Shown in pieces: positions 1-9,431 of a stretch of 64,000 nucleotides of DNA. Positions within the stretch are counted from its first letter, which is position 1; every line of letters starts with the position of its first letter. The position numbers and the translations under genes are program-made. The notes beneath the pieces were generated by a model that did not search any database, was not told the DNA's origin, and saw only the letters and a list, made by a program, of their open reading frames with translations. Source of the DNA: Candidatus Bathyarchaeota archaeon. Lineage in GTDB: Archaea; Thermoproteota; Bathyarchaeia; Bathyarchaeales; Bathycorpusculaceae. The DNA lies in NCBI GenBank assembly GCA_963717465.1, contig OY970340.1, positions 1,696,001 through 1,760,000 of the forward strand, in the 5' to 3' direction.

Positions 1-1003
1 GTTGAATTCGATATTGGCGCGATTGTCGTTGCAACAGGCTATGATACTTTTGATCCCCAAATACAAAAAGAATGGGGCTACAAAAAGTATCCAAACGTTG
101 TTAGCAAGCTTAGACTTAGAAAGATTGATTAGTGCTTTTGGTCCAAAGGAAGGCAAACTTGTACGTCCCTCAGACGGTAAAGAGCCTCATTCAATCGGCT
201 TTGTCCAATGCGTAGGTTCAAGGGATGAACGAGTAGGAAATCCATACTGTTCAAACATTTGTTGCATGGCAACAATCAAGCAAGCCGTCCTTCTAAAAGA
301 GAAGCACCCCGAATTCGAAATTTACGTCTTCTATAATGACATTAGAGCTTTCGGTAAAGGCTTTGAAGAATTTTACAACAGAGCACGGGCGAACTTTATA
401 ACTTTCATAAAAGGCATACCTTCTGAACTGTCAGAAGACCCATCAACACACAACATCAACTTAAGAAGCGCTGACATGGTTCTTGGAAAAACAGTCGAAT
501 TAGACCTTGACATGGTAGTTCTCGCAGTCGGTATGGTTCCGCCAAAAGATCTCGCTGAATTAGCAAGCAAACTCAGAATTCCGAGAGGCGCAGACGGATT
601 CTTACTTGAAAGCCACCCGAAACTTAAACCTGTTGATGCACCAACTACTGGAATATTCCTTGCTGGCGCCGTTCAAGGACCAAAAGATATTCCGGCAACA
701 GTTGCCCAGGCAAAAGCGGCTGCTTCAAGTGTGGCATCCCTGTTATCTAAAGGGAAAATTAAGGCAGAGACGAACATAGCAAACGTTAACGAAGAAAAAT
801 GCTTAGGTTGCGGCCTCTGCGAATTAGTTTGTCCCTATAAGGCTGTACGAGTTGAGGTTACTCCAAAGGGAAGAAAAGCTAAGGTAATATCCTCGTCATG
901 TAAAGGATGCGGAACATGCGCCGCCACCTGCAGGTGTGGAGCTATAGACATCAAAGGCGTTACAGATCAGCAAATAAACTCTATGATAGTTGCGTTAAGG
1001 TGA
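1..1003 (+). CDS. hdrA: Heterodisulfide reductase subunit A (copy 1), 5' truncated by window edge; +1 frameshift near 103
   Basis: Frame 1 from base 1 reads VEFDIGAIVVATGYDTFDP..WGYKKYPNVV and aligns with copy 2; an extra base near 103 shifts into the ORF with FVQCVGSRD, CSNICC, GAVQGPKDIP and a C-terminal 2x[4Fe-4S] ferredoxin. Confidence 0.95.
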   Translation, partial: LNSILARLSLQQAMILLIPKYKKNGATKSIQTLLASLDLERLISAFGPKEGKLVRPSDGKEPHSIGFVQCVGSRDERVGNPYCSNICCMATIKQAVLLKEKHPEFEIYVFYNDIRAFGKGFEEFYNRARANFITFIKGIPSELSEDPSTHNINLRSADMVLGKTVELDLDMVVLAVGMVPPKDLAELASKLRIPRGADGFLLESHPKLKPVDAPTTGIFLAGAVQGPKDIPATVAQAKAAASSVASLLSKGKIKAETNIANVNEEKCLGCGLCELVCPYKAVRVEVTPKGRKAKVISSSCKGCGTCAATCRCGAIDIKGVTDQQINSMIVALR

Positions 1004-1010
1004 ATATGAA

Positions 1011-1440
1011 ATGACTGAAGACTGAAAAGAACTGGGAACCAAAAATCTTAGCTTTCTTATGCAACTGGTGTAGTTATGCTGGAGCAGACCTTGCAGGAAT
1101 AAGCAGGATGCAGTATTCCCCTAACATTAGAGTAATCCGAGTTCCATGCTCAGGAAGAGTTAACCCATACTTCATAATAAAAGCCCTGCAAACCGGATGG
1201 GATGGAGTCCTGGTTTCTGGTTGCCACCCAGGCGACTGCCATTATATAAGCGGAAACCTTGCAGCAAGAAGAAGATTCGCTGTCCTGAAAGACTTGCTCG
1301 AATACATTGGAATCGAGCCTGGGCGGGTAAACTTTTCGTGGGTTTCAGCCTCTGAAGGTGACAAATTCGCTAAGGTTGTAAATGAAGTAGTAGAAACAGT
1401 GAAGGAGTTAGGGCCTCCTAATAAACTGGTGAAGAAGTGA
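1011..1440 (+). CDS. flxD: MvhD/FlxD-type [2Fe-2S] hydrogenase iron-sulfur subunit; frameshift within first codons
   Basis: Upstream of the called ATG (1108) the frame reads TEKNWEPKILAFLCNWCSYAGADLAG, then CSGRV, GCHPGDCHY and WVSASEG. The ATG at 1011 is one base out of frame. Confidence 0.9.
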
Positions 1441-1445
1441 TACTT

Positions 1446-2396
1446 ATGGCAGACATTGAGAATTCGATAAAAGAAACTGCTGAAAAGCTTCTTAACGAGA
1501 AAAAAGTTGACGTAATAATCGGATATGAAAAGGGAACCTTGCCTCTCCGTACGACTCCTTGCTTTGTGGACAAAGCTGGAGACGTTAAGAAACTGGTTTG
1601 GAACCCAAGCTGCGATGCCAACCTTGCAAAATACGTAGTGGGCAGAAAGGGAAAAGTAGGCATCATCGCAAAGGGTTGTGACGCGCGGCTAATAACGGTT
1701 TGTGAAATAGAAAACCAGATTCCAAAAGAAAACGTGGTTGTAATAGGCGTCCCTTGCGTAGGAGTTATTGATAGGAAAAAGATAGAAGAGAAACTTGAAG
1801 GTAAAGAAGTTCTCGAAAGCACGATTGAGGGCGACCAAATCAAGGTTAAGGGTGAAGGTTTCGAGGTTTATTTGCCATTAAAAGAGTTTCTCTCTGACTC
1901 ATGTATAACTTGCAAGCATAGAAACGCACCCATCTGCGATGTGTTTGTTGGAGAAAAAAGTCCGGAAAATGCAGAGGTAGACCAGTTCGCTGAAGTTTCT
2001 AAGCTCGAAGCAAAGTCACCAGATGAAAGATGGAAACATTTCGAAGAGGATCTAAGCAAATGCATCAGATGCTACGCTTGCCGGAATGTTTGTCCTCTCT
2101 GCTACTGCAAAACATGCGTGGTCGACCAGAATATGCCTGCTTGGATTGGCAAAACGAATGATCCCTCAGACACGATGATCTATCACATAGCCCGAGCTTT
2201 ACACGGCGCTGGAAGATGCGTTGACTGCGGAGCCTGCACTCGAGCTTGTCCCATGGGCATTAACCTCAGTGAACTCATGAAGAAAGCTGAAAAAATCATG
2301 AAAGAACGATACGGCTTTGAAGCGGGAGTAAGCCAAGATAAAGTTCCTCCGTTGGGAGAGAACAAACCGGATGATTCCCAAGAATTCATCAAGTAA
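1446..2396 (+). CDS. flxC: FlxC-like 4Fe-4S dicluster protein (FdhB/FrhB-related)
   Basis: CIRCYACRNVCPLCYC and CVDCGACTRACP motifs; position between the mvhD-like and AsrA-like genes matches the hdrA-flxDCBA order. Confidence 0.8.
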   Translation: MADIENSIKETAEKLLNEKKVDVIIGYEKGTLPLRTTPCFVDKAGDVKKLVWNPSCDANLAKYVVGRKGKVGIIAKGCDARLITVCEIENQIPKENVVVIGVPCVGVIDRKKIEEKLEGKEVLESTIEGDQIKVKGEGFEVYLPLKEFLSDSCITCKHRNAPICDVFVGEKSPENAEVDQFAEVSKLEAKSPDERWKHFEEDLSKCIRCYACRNVCPLCYCKTCVVDQNMPAWIGKTNDPSDTMIYHIARALHGAGRCVDCGACTRACPMGINLSELMKKAEKIMKERYGFEAGVSQDKVPPLGENKPDDSQEFIK

Positions 2397-2397
2397 A

Positions 2398-3433
2398 ATG
2401 GAGGCAGCAAAGTTGAAAGTAATAGAAAAAAGCAAAATGCCTGATTTCGTTAACGGTCTAATCAAAGAATATGAGGTTTTCGCGCCAGTCAAGGACAAAA
2501 ACATAGTATCCTTCGGAAAAATCTCCTCTGAAAATCAAGTCTACCTAAATGCTCCAAACACGAAGAAGCCTGTTAAAGAGGTTTTCCTTCCGCAAACCGA
2601 GACACTTTTCACCTACAAAGTGGACGGTAAAAACGCGGAGGTAGTACCATCTCCAACTGTGAATGGAAAACGAGTAGTACTAGGTGTTCGTCCTTGCGAT
2701 GCTAGAAGCTTAGTAATGATGGACAAATTTTTTGGTGGGGGATACCAAGACGTTTACTTCTTAGATAAGAGAAAGAACACGACCGTGATCGGATTAGCCT
2801 GCAATCATCCTCTGAGCACTTGCTTCTGCACTTCAGTTGGAGGAAATCCGTCAGCAAAGGAGGGTATGGATTTACTCCTTCACGACGTAGACGGTAAATA
2901 CTTGGTAGAACCAGTCACTCAAAAAGGAGAAGAAGTCATCAAAAAGTTTCCATGGCTTGCCGATGCTGAAAAAGCAGACGAGGAAAAGGCAAAGCAGCTA
3001 GCTGAAGACGCTGAAAAAGCAATAACCTCTAAGGTTTTAGCTAAAGATGTAAACGTTAAGCTCTGCAAAATGTTCGATGATCCAATATGGGACCAGATAT
3101 ATCAGAAGTGCTTAGGCTGCGGAATCTGCGCTTTCCTTTGTCCCACCTGCACCTGCTTTGACGTTGTAGACGAAGGAGCACAGCATGAAGGAAAAAGAGT
3201 CAGAATTTGGGATTGCTGTCAATTTGGCTGCTTTACACAGGAAGGTTCTGGACATAATCCTCGCCCCTCAGGAAAGGAGAGAACGAGACAAAGAATCATG
3301 CACAAATTCGAACTATTGCGTTGATAATTACGGCGAAGGCTTCTGCGTAGGCTGTGGAAGATGCGTTCGTGAATGTCCAGTTAATCTTGACATCAGAGAA
3401 GTAATTGGCGCAATTAATCAGAAGGGTAAGTGA
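2398..3433 (+). CDS. flxB: FlxB-like 4Fe-4S protein (AsrA/sulfhydrogenase beta-like); +1 frameshift near 3310
   Basis: GVRPCD, CFC, CLGCGICAFLCPTCTCF, HNPR..RTRQRIMHKF; removing one G gives NYCVDNYGEGFCVGCGRCVRECP. Confidence 0.85.
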
Positions 3434-3438
3434 GAAGA

Positions 3439-4277
3439 ATGAGTAATCCATATATTCCAAATCTTGCAGTCATCAAGAAAATCACAAGCGAAAACGACAG
3501 TTAACGACATAAAAACCTTTGACCTTGCTTTTAAAGACCCTGAGGCGATGAAGAATTTCAATTATACATGTGGTCAGTTCGCAGAAATCTCTGTCTTCGG
3601 AGCTGGAGAGTGCCCGATAGGCATAGCTTCATCACCCATGGACAAAGATTGCATCCAATTCACCGTGAAAAAAGTAGGCGTTGTCACGTCGACCTTGCAC
3701 AACAGCGACGAAGGAACCGTCGTTGGAGTCAGAGGACCTTTTGGCAATGGATTTCCAATGTCAAAATTAGAAGACCATAATCTCGTTATTATCGGGGGAG
3801 GATTCGCTTTCTCTACTTTGAGATCTCTAACAAAATTTGCTCTTCATGAAGAAAACAGAGACAAATTCAAAGACTTAACTATTATCTATGGAGCCCGCAA
3901 TCCTGGTGAACTTAATTCAAATATGACCTTGACGAATGGGCAAAAAGAAAAGACATCAGCCTTTCGTTACTGTTGACGCTGGAACTCCCAGCTGGACGGG
4001 GCTTGTTGGTTTAATTCCAAACATTGTCAAGCAAGTTGCCCCATCCTCAAAGAATTCAGTCGCCATCATTTGTGGTCCACCAGTAATGATAAAGTTCACT
4101 ATGCCTGTAATTCGCGACCTTGGCTTCTCCCCAGAAGATGTCTACTTATCCCTTGAAATGAGGATGAAGTGCGGCATTGGAAAGTGTGGAAGATGCAACA
4201 TAGGGAGCAAGTTCGTGTGTAAAGATGGTCCCGTATTCTCAAGCAAAGAGCTTGAGTCGATGACAAAAGAGTACTAA
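3439..4277 (+). CDS. flxA: FlxA-like FAD/NAD(P)-binding [2Fe-2S] oxidoreductase (AsrB/PyrK/HydG family); three frameshifts (~3496, ~3914, ~3964)
   Basis: Reconstruction: MSNPYIPNLAVIKKITSEN / VNDIKTF..GQF..RGPFGNGF..IGGGFA..YGARNPGEL / FKYDLDEWAKRKDISL / VTVDAG..ICGPPVM..MKCGIGKCGRC..VCKDGPVF. Confidence 0.88.
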
Positions 4278-4309
4278 GTTTAGCATGTTAACAATTTGAG
4301 GGAGTAAGA

Positions 4310-4840
4310 ATGCAAGAACAAAAAAGCGTAAAATTCGACCCAAAGTTCAAGTATGAAGTTGCAGCTATGCCTGGCGGCGAAAGCGTAAAATTCTGCTTTC
4401 AATGCGGCAAATGTGAAGCAACTTGCCCAATTAGGCGCTTCAAAGATCAGTATCGACCAGCACAAGTCATAAGAGCAATTATGGTTGGAGATCGCGAGGC
4501 AGCTTTAAACAGTCAAACCATTTGGTTATGCGCAACATGCTATTCATGCAGTGAACATTGCCCTCAGGGAGTACATTTCACTGATATAATGCAAGTTATC
4601 CGAAACATAGCTGTTGCTCAAGGAAAAACTAACCCGACTTACCAAAAAATCGCTGATGTTATTCTTGCTAACGGAAAAATCTTTGACTCCGTTGACTTCA
4701 TTAATGAAATGCGTTCTGATCTTGGGCTTCCACCAGTAACGACATTGAACAAAGAGGAAATGAAAAAAATGCTTAGTGACGCAAAAGAAGTTCATAAGAA
4801 ACATGAAAGTGAAGCAGCATGCAAAGAAAGAAAAAAGTGA
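4310..4840 (+). CDS. hdrC: Heterodisulfide reductase subunit C
   Basis: CFQCGKCEATCP and IWLCATCYSCSEHCP ferredoxin motifs; precedes hdrB. Confidence 0.93.
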   Translation: MQEQKSVKFDPKFKYEVAAMPGGESVKFCFQCGKCEATCPIRRFKDQYRPAQVIRAIMVGDREAALNSQTIWLCATCYSCSEHCPQGVHFTDIMQVIRNIAVAQGKTNPTYQKIADVILANGKIFDSVDFINEMRSDLGLPPVTTLNKEEMKKMLSDAKEVHKKHESEAACKERKK

Positions 4841-4859
4841 GCATCACTAGGTGATTTTA

Positions 4860-5738
4860 ATGAAGTATTTGTTTTATCAAGGTTGTACAACTCCGCAAAA
4901 AGAAAACGGGTATGAAGTATCAATGAGAAAAATCGCTTCCAAATTAGATATCGAGCTTGTTCCGCTTGAAGAACAAAACTGTTGCGGCTTCTTTGTTAAC
5001 CCAGTTGACCACTTTAGCTCGATGATAATGGCCGCACGAAACTTGGCGCTTTTTGATGCTGCTGGACTTGACGCTATTACTCCTTGCCCGGCATGCTTTG
5101 GTCATCTTACTAAAGTGAGAAACGAGCTTTTGGCCGACAAAAAATTGGCAGATGAAGTTAACGAAATCCTGCAAAAATACGGAAAGAAATTCACTGGCGT
5201 TCAAAAAATTAAACATTTAGTAAACGTGCTCATCGACGAAGTTGGCATGGAAAAAATCAAAGCATCAATAACAAGGCCGTTAACTAACTTAAGGGTTGCA
5301 CCTCACTATGGCTGTCACGTGCTCAAGCCATCTTACGAGGTAAATACTGATGATCCAGAAGATCCTGAATTGCTTGATTCCTTGGTTGCAGTAACAGGAG
5401 CTAAAGTTGTTGAATATAGCGAGAAGAAACTCTGTTGCGGTTCAACAGTTGCAAATGCCGACGAAGCTCTCTCTATTCAAATGACCAAAACTAAACTAGA
5501 GAGTGTGCGCAAGGCTGGAGCAGATGCAATTGTAACACTCTGTCCGGCATGTCATATGCAACTAGACCTTGTGGCAGGTGCAAAGCTTCGTGAAATCAGC
5601 CTTCCAGTACTGCATTATACTCAATTGCTTGGGCTTGCTCAAGGATTTAGTGCAGAAGAACTTGCATTCGGCGAAAACCGCATTGATACAGAAAGAGTCG
5701 TTGAAATAGCGTTATCGCCCGCCAGTAGTCTCTGCTGA
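4860..5738 (+). CDS. hdrB: Heterodisulfide reductase subunit B
   Basis: Two CCG domains (YQGC..CCG..CPAC; HYGCH..CCG..CPAC). Confidence 0.93.
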   Translation: MKYLFYQGCTTPQKENGYEVSMRKIASKLDIELVPLEEQNCCGFFVNPVDHFSSMIMAARNLALFDAAGLDAITPCPACFGHLTKVRNELLADKKLADEVNEILQKYGKKFTGVQKIKHLVNVLIDEVGMEKIKASITRPLTNLRVAPHYGCHVLKPSYEVNTDDPEDPELLDSLVAVTGAKVVEYSEKKLCCGSTVANADEALSIQMTKTKLESVRKAGADAIVTLCPACHMQLDLVAGAKLREISLPVLHYTQLLGLAQGFSAEELAFGENRIDTERVVEIALSPASSLC

Positions 5739-5902
5739 AAAAAAGTAGGTAAAGACATAGAAGACGATACTTCACTTGTAGATATTGATTCATCATTGTA
5801 CGTCTTCTCACTTATTTGTTTACAAATTTCTGCTCGAATGCCTAAAATTTAAGCCTGAGTAAATTGTAAATTTGAGCAGTATGAAACTTGTCCCTATGCC
5901 CT

Positions 5903-5937
5903 TGTAAATTATATTACATACAATAAATATTTATAAG
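5903..5937 (+). promoter_or_regulatory. Putative promoter of the hdrA2-mvhDGA operon: TGTAA-N6-TTACA inverted repeat followed by TATA box
   Basis: TGTAA(5903-5907)..TTACA(5914-5918); TTTATAAG at 5930-5937, ~50 nt upstream of ATG 5988, which has an AGGAGA RBS. Confidence 0.5.
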
Positions 5938-5987
5938 GAAGATTTTTCGTCTAAAGATGCAACTGCATGCAGTGGATAGGAGAAAGT

Positions 5988-7994
5988 ATGAGTGAGAAAC
6001 CTAGAATTGGCGTTTATATATGCCATTGTGGTTTGAACATTGCCGCCACGGTTGATCCCAAATCAGTTTCAGAATACGCAAAAACTCTCCCTAATGTTGT
6101 TGTATCAAAAGATTATAAGTACACGTGTTCTGATCCTGGTCAAGAAATGATAAAGAAAGACATCAAAGAGCAAAATCTCAATAGAATTATTGTAGCTGCT
6201 TGCTCTCCAAGGATGCATGAGCCTACTTATCGTAAGCTTTTGGAAGAATCAGGGTTAAACCCCTACTTATTTGAAATGGTCAACATCAGAGAGCAGGATT
6301 CTTGGGTTCACATGAAAGACCCTGAAAAAGCCACCCAAAAAGCAAAAGACTTAGTCAAAATGGCAGTTGCCAGAGCTGCCTTACTAGAGCCTTTAGAAGA
6401 AAAAGAAGTCCCTGTGCTAAAATCAGTGCTTATAATCGGCGGCGGCATCGCTGGCATTCAAGCAGCCCTTGATTTGTCTGAACAAGATTACAAAGTTACA
6501 TTAGTAGAGAAGCAACCTATTATCGGAGGCCATATGGCTCAGCTTGACAAAACTTTCCCGACAATGGACTGCTCAATCTGCATTTTCGGTCCTAAAATGG
6601 TTGATGCCTACAAGAGCCCAAATGTTACACTTTTGGTTAACAGTGAAGTGCAAGATGTTTCGGGTGTAGCAGGTAACTTCCATATTAAAGTCTTGAAGAA
6701 AGCAAGGTATGTTGACGAGAAGAAATGTGTCGGTTGCGGTGTATGCGCAACAAAATGCCCAATTAAGACTCCTAACGAGTTTGACAGAGACCTCGGCATG
6801 CGTAAAGCAATCTACATTCCATTCCCACAGGGAGTTCCAGCTAAGTACACGATTGATAAAGAACACTGTTTATACTTCACTAAAGGCGTCTGCAAAGTTT
6901 GCGAGAAGATGTGTGAAGCCAAAGCAATCGACTACAAACAAGAGGACCAAGTTGTCGAATTTGACGTGGGCGCTATCGTAGTTGCAACGGGCTATGATAC
7001 TTTTGATCCTACAAAACAAGATGTATGGGGATACAAAAAGTATCCAAACGTTGTCACAAGCCTAGACTTGGAGAGATTAATCAGCGCATTTGGTCCAAAG
7101 GAAGGCAAACTTGTTCGTCCCTCAGACGGTAAAGAACCTCATTCAATCGCTTTTGTCCAATGCGTAGGTTCAAGGGATGAAACGGTAGGAAATCCTTGGT
7201 GTTCAAACATTTGCTGCATGGCTTCCCTTAAACAAGCGCATCAATTAAAAGAGAAGCATCCGGAAACAGAGATCTGCATTTTCTATATCGATCTAAGATG
7301 CTTTGGCAAAGGATATGAAGAATTTTACAATCGGGTCCAGAGCGAAGGAGTAAGATTCAACAGAGGCAAGGTTAGCGAGATTATTGAGAACAAGAAGACC
7401 GGAAATCTTCAGGTGAAATTTGAGAATACTCTTGCAGGCGAAGTGATTGAGAAAGAGTTTGACATGGTAGTTCTCGCAGCAGGTATGATTCCACCAAAAG
7501 GTCTTGCTGAATTAGCAAACAAACTTAGGATTCCAAGGAGCGCAGACGGTTTCCTGCTTGAAACTCACCCAAAGCTTAGACCAGTCGATGCACCGACTCC
7601 TGGAATATTCCTTGCAGGTGCCGTTCAAGGACCCAAAGACATTCCAGCAGCAGTTGCTCAAGCAAAAGCAGCAGCTTCAAGCGTAGCCTCATTACTGTCT
7701 AAGGGCAAGATAAAAACTGAATCAGCAATTGCACTGATAGATGAAGAACTGTGTAGCGGATGTAAAGTGTGCATCCCACTGTGTAGATATGACGCTATAA
7801 AAGTTAAAGAGAAAAATGGTAAGACAGTTGCCGAGGTGTCTGAAGTTTCATGCATGGGCTGCGGAACGTGCGCTTCAGGTTGCCCGACTAAATCAATAAC
7901 TATGAAGCACTTTACTGATAAGCAAATCTTAGCTGAAATACGCGCATTAGCGCCCGACGATAAATTGGTTGTTGAAACAGCAGGAGGAGCATAA
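5988..7994 (+). CDS. hdrA: Heterodisulfide reductase subunit A (copy 2, complete)
   Basis: RIGVYICHCG, CSPRMHE, NIREQ, IGGGIAG, LDKTFPTMDCSIC, inserted and C-terminal ferredoxin domains. Confidence 0.97.
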   Translation: MSEKPRIGVYICHCGLNIAATVDPKSVSEYAKTLPNVVVSKDYKYTCSDPGQEMIKKDIKEQNLNRIIVAACSPRMHEPTYRKLLEESGLNPYLFEMVNIREQDSWVHMKDPEKATQKAKDLVKMAVARAALLEPLEEKEVPVLKSVLIIGGGIAGIQAALDLSEQDYKVTLVEKQPIIGGHMAQLDKTFPTMDCSICIFGPKMVDAYKSPNVTLLVNSEVQDVSGVAGNFHIKVLKKARYVDEKKCVGCGVCATKCPIKTPNEFDRDLGMRKAIYIPFPQGVPAKYTIDKEHCLYFTKGVCKVCEKMCEAKAIDYKQEDQVVEFDVGAIVVATGYDTFDPTKQDVWGYKKYPNVVTSLDLERLISAFGPKEGKLVRPSDGKEPHSIAFVQCVGSRDETVGNPWCSNICCMASLKQAHQLKEKHPETEICIFYIDLRCFGKGYEEFYNRVQSEGVRFNRGKVSEIIENKKTGNLQVKFENTLAGEVIEKEFDMVVLAAGMIPPKGLAELANKLRIPRSADGFLLETHPKLRPVDAPTPGIFLAGAVQGPKDIPAAVAQAKAAASSVASLLSKGKIKTESAIALIDEELCSGCKVCIPLCRYDAIKVKEKNGKTVAEVSEVSCMGCGTCASGCPTKSITMKHFTDKQILAEIRALAPDDKLVVETAGGA

Positions 7995-7996
7995 AA

Positions 7997-8437
7997 ATGT
8001 CGACTGAAACTTTTGAGCCTAAAATTGTAGGTTTCCTTTGTAACTGGTGTAGCTACGCAGGTGCAGACTTAGCTGGAATCAGCAGAATGCAATATCCAAC
8101 AAACGTGCGAGTTATCCGCGTTATGTGTAGCGGAAGAGTTGATCCTGGTTTTGTTCTTGAAGCCTTCAAAAGTGGAGCTGACGCTGTTCTAATCGCTGGT
8201 TGCCACTTGCCTTCAGACTGCCACTACATCGGAGGTAATTTCAAAGCTAACCGAAGAATAGCGCTTCTAAGACAAGTATTAACCGGATTTGGCATTGAAC
8301 CTGAACGGCTTAGACTTGAATGGATATCTGCATCTGAAGGGGACCAGTTCGCAAAAACAATAAAAGAATTAACTGAACAAATACGAAAACTTGGTCCGAG
8401 TCCTTTGAAAAATGGGGTAAAGGAAAAGGTGAATTAA
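7997..8437 (+). CDS. mvhD: F420-non-reducing hydrogenase iron-sulfur subunit D
   Basis: FLCNWCSYAGAD, CSGRV, GCH..DCHY, WISASEG. Confidence 0.95.
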   Translation: MSTETFEPKIVGFLCNWCSYAGADLAGISRMQYPTNVRVIRVMCSGRVDPGFVLEAFKSGADAVLIAGCHLPSDCHYIGGNFKANRRIALLRQVLTGFGIEPERLRLEWISASEGDQFAKTIKELTEQIRKLGPSPLKNGVKEKVN

Positions 8438-8441
8438 GAAA

Positions 8442-9431
8442 ATGTGCGCTGAAAAATTAAAATTAGCCTTTTACTGGGCTGCAAGCTGCGGTGGATGCGA
8501 AATCGCTGTATTAGACATAAATGAAAAAATACTCGATGTCTTAAACATCGCTGACATAAAATTCTGGCCAGTTGCAATGGACATTAAGTACAAAGACGTC
8601 GAAGCGATGCCCGACAAATACCTTGACATAACTTTCTTTAACGGTTCAGTCAGAAGCGAAGAACAAGAACACATGGCCAAACTGCTTAGAGAAAAATCAA
8701 AAACACTCGTCGCGTTTGGATCTTGTGCTCAAGAAGGATGCATACCTGGATTAGCAAACCTGCACACAAAGAATGAAATCTTCAACACAGTATATCTTGA
8801 CAAACAAAACCCGTCACTTTCAAACACAGAAGGCGTTTCACCTAAACTCTCAACACAAGTTAAAGAAGGCACATTAAAACTTCCCGCACTATTCGATACA
8901 GTTAAGACATTAGACCAAACTGTTGACGTAGACTATTATATCCCAGGCTGTCCACCACCAGTAAAACTGATCCTTAACGCAGTAAACGCAGTTGCAACAG
9001 GAAAACTGCCACCAAAAGGTTCAGTTTTAGCACCCTTAGAATCAGTTTGCTTCGAATGCCCCCGCAAGAAGGAAAACAAGAGCATAGAGAAAATTTACCG
9101 AGTTCACGAAAAAACTCCCGAACCTGAGAAATGCCTGCTTGAACAAGGAATAATATGCATGGGACCAGCCACCAGAAGCGGTTGCGGCGCTCAATGTTTA
9201 ACGGTTGATATGCCTTGCACAGGTTGCGGCGGACCTTGTCCAAACGCTTTGGAGCAAGGTGCGTCAATGATTAGTGCATTGGCTTCAATCCTTGACTTGG
9301 CTGATGAGAATACAAAGTATAGTCTTGAGGATGTCAACAAGGTTATGTCTCAAATTAAAGATCCGGTTGGAACGTTTTACATGTATTCGCTACCAAGCTC
9401 AATTTTGAAAAGAAAGGTGATTAAACAATGA
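8442..9431 (+). CDS. mvhG: F420-non-reducing [NiFe] hydrogenase small subunit
   Basis: SCGGC, GSCA, PGCPP, VCFEC, C..CMGPAT..CGA.C..CTGC. Confidence 0.95.
   Translation: MCAEKLKLAFYWAASCGGCEIAVLDINEKILDVLNIADIKFWPVAMDIKYKDVEAMPDKYLDITFFNGSVRSEEQEHMAKLLREKSKTLVAFGSCAQEGCIPGLANLHTKNEIFNTVYLDKQNPSLSNTEGVSPKLSTQVKEGTLKLPALFDTVKTLDQTVDVDYYIPGCPPPVKLILNAVNAVATGKLPPKGSVLAPLESVCFECPRKKENKSIEKIYRVHEKTPEPEKCLLEQGIICMGPATRSGCGAQCLTVDMPCTGCGGPCPNALEQGASMISALASILDLADENTKYSLEDVNKVMSQIKDPVGTFYMYSLPSSILKRKVIKQ

Noticed and set aside
1006..1020. In-frame ATG-AAA-TGA upstream of flxD as possible selenocysteine readthrough
   Set aside because: The TGA is not at a conserved Cys position and all MvhD Cys ligands are normal Cys codons; a one-base indel after ATG 1011 is simpler.
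3300..3970. Programmed ribosomal frameshifting in flxB/flxA
   Set aside because: No shared slippery sequence; similar indels occur throughout the window, including ileS.
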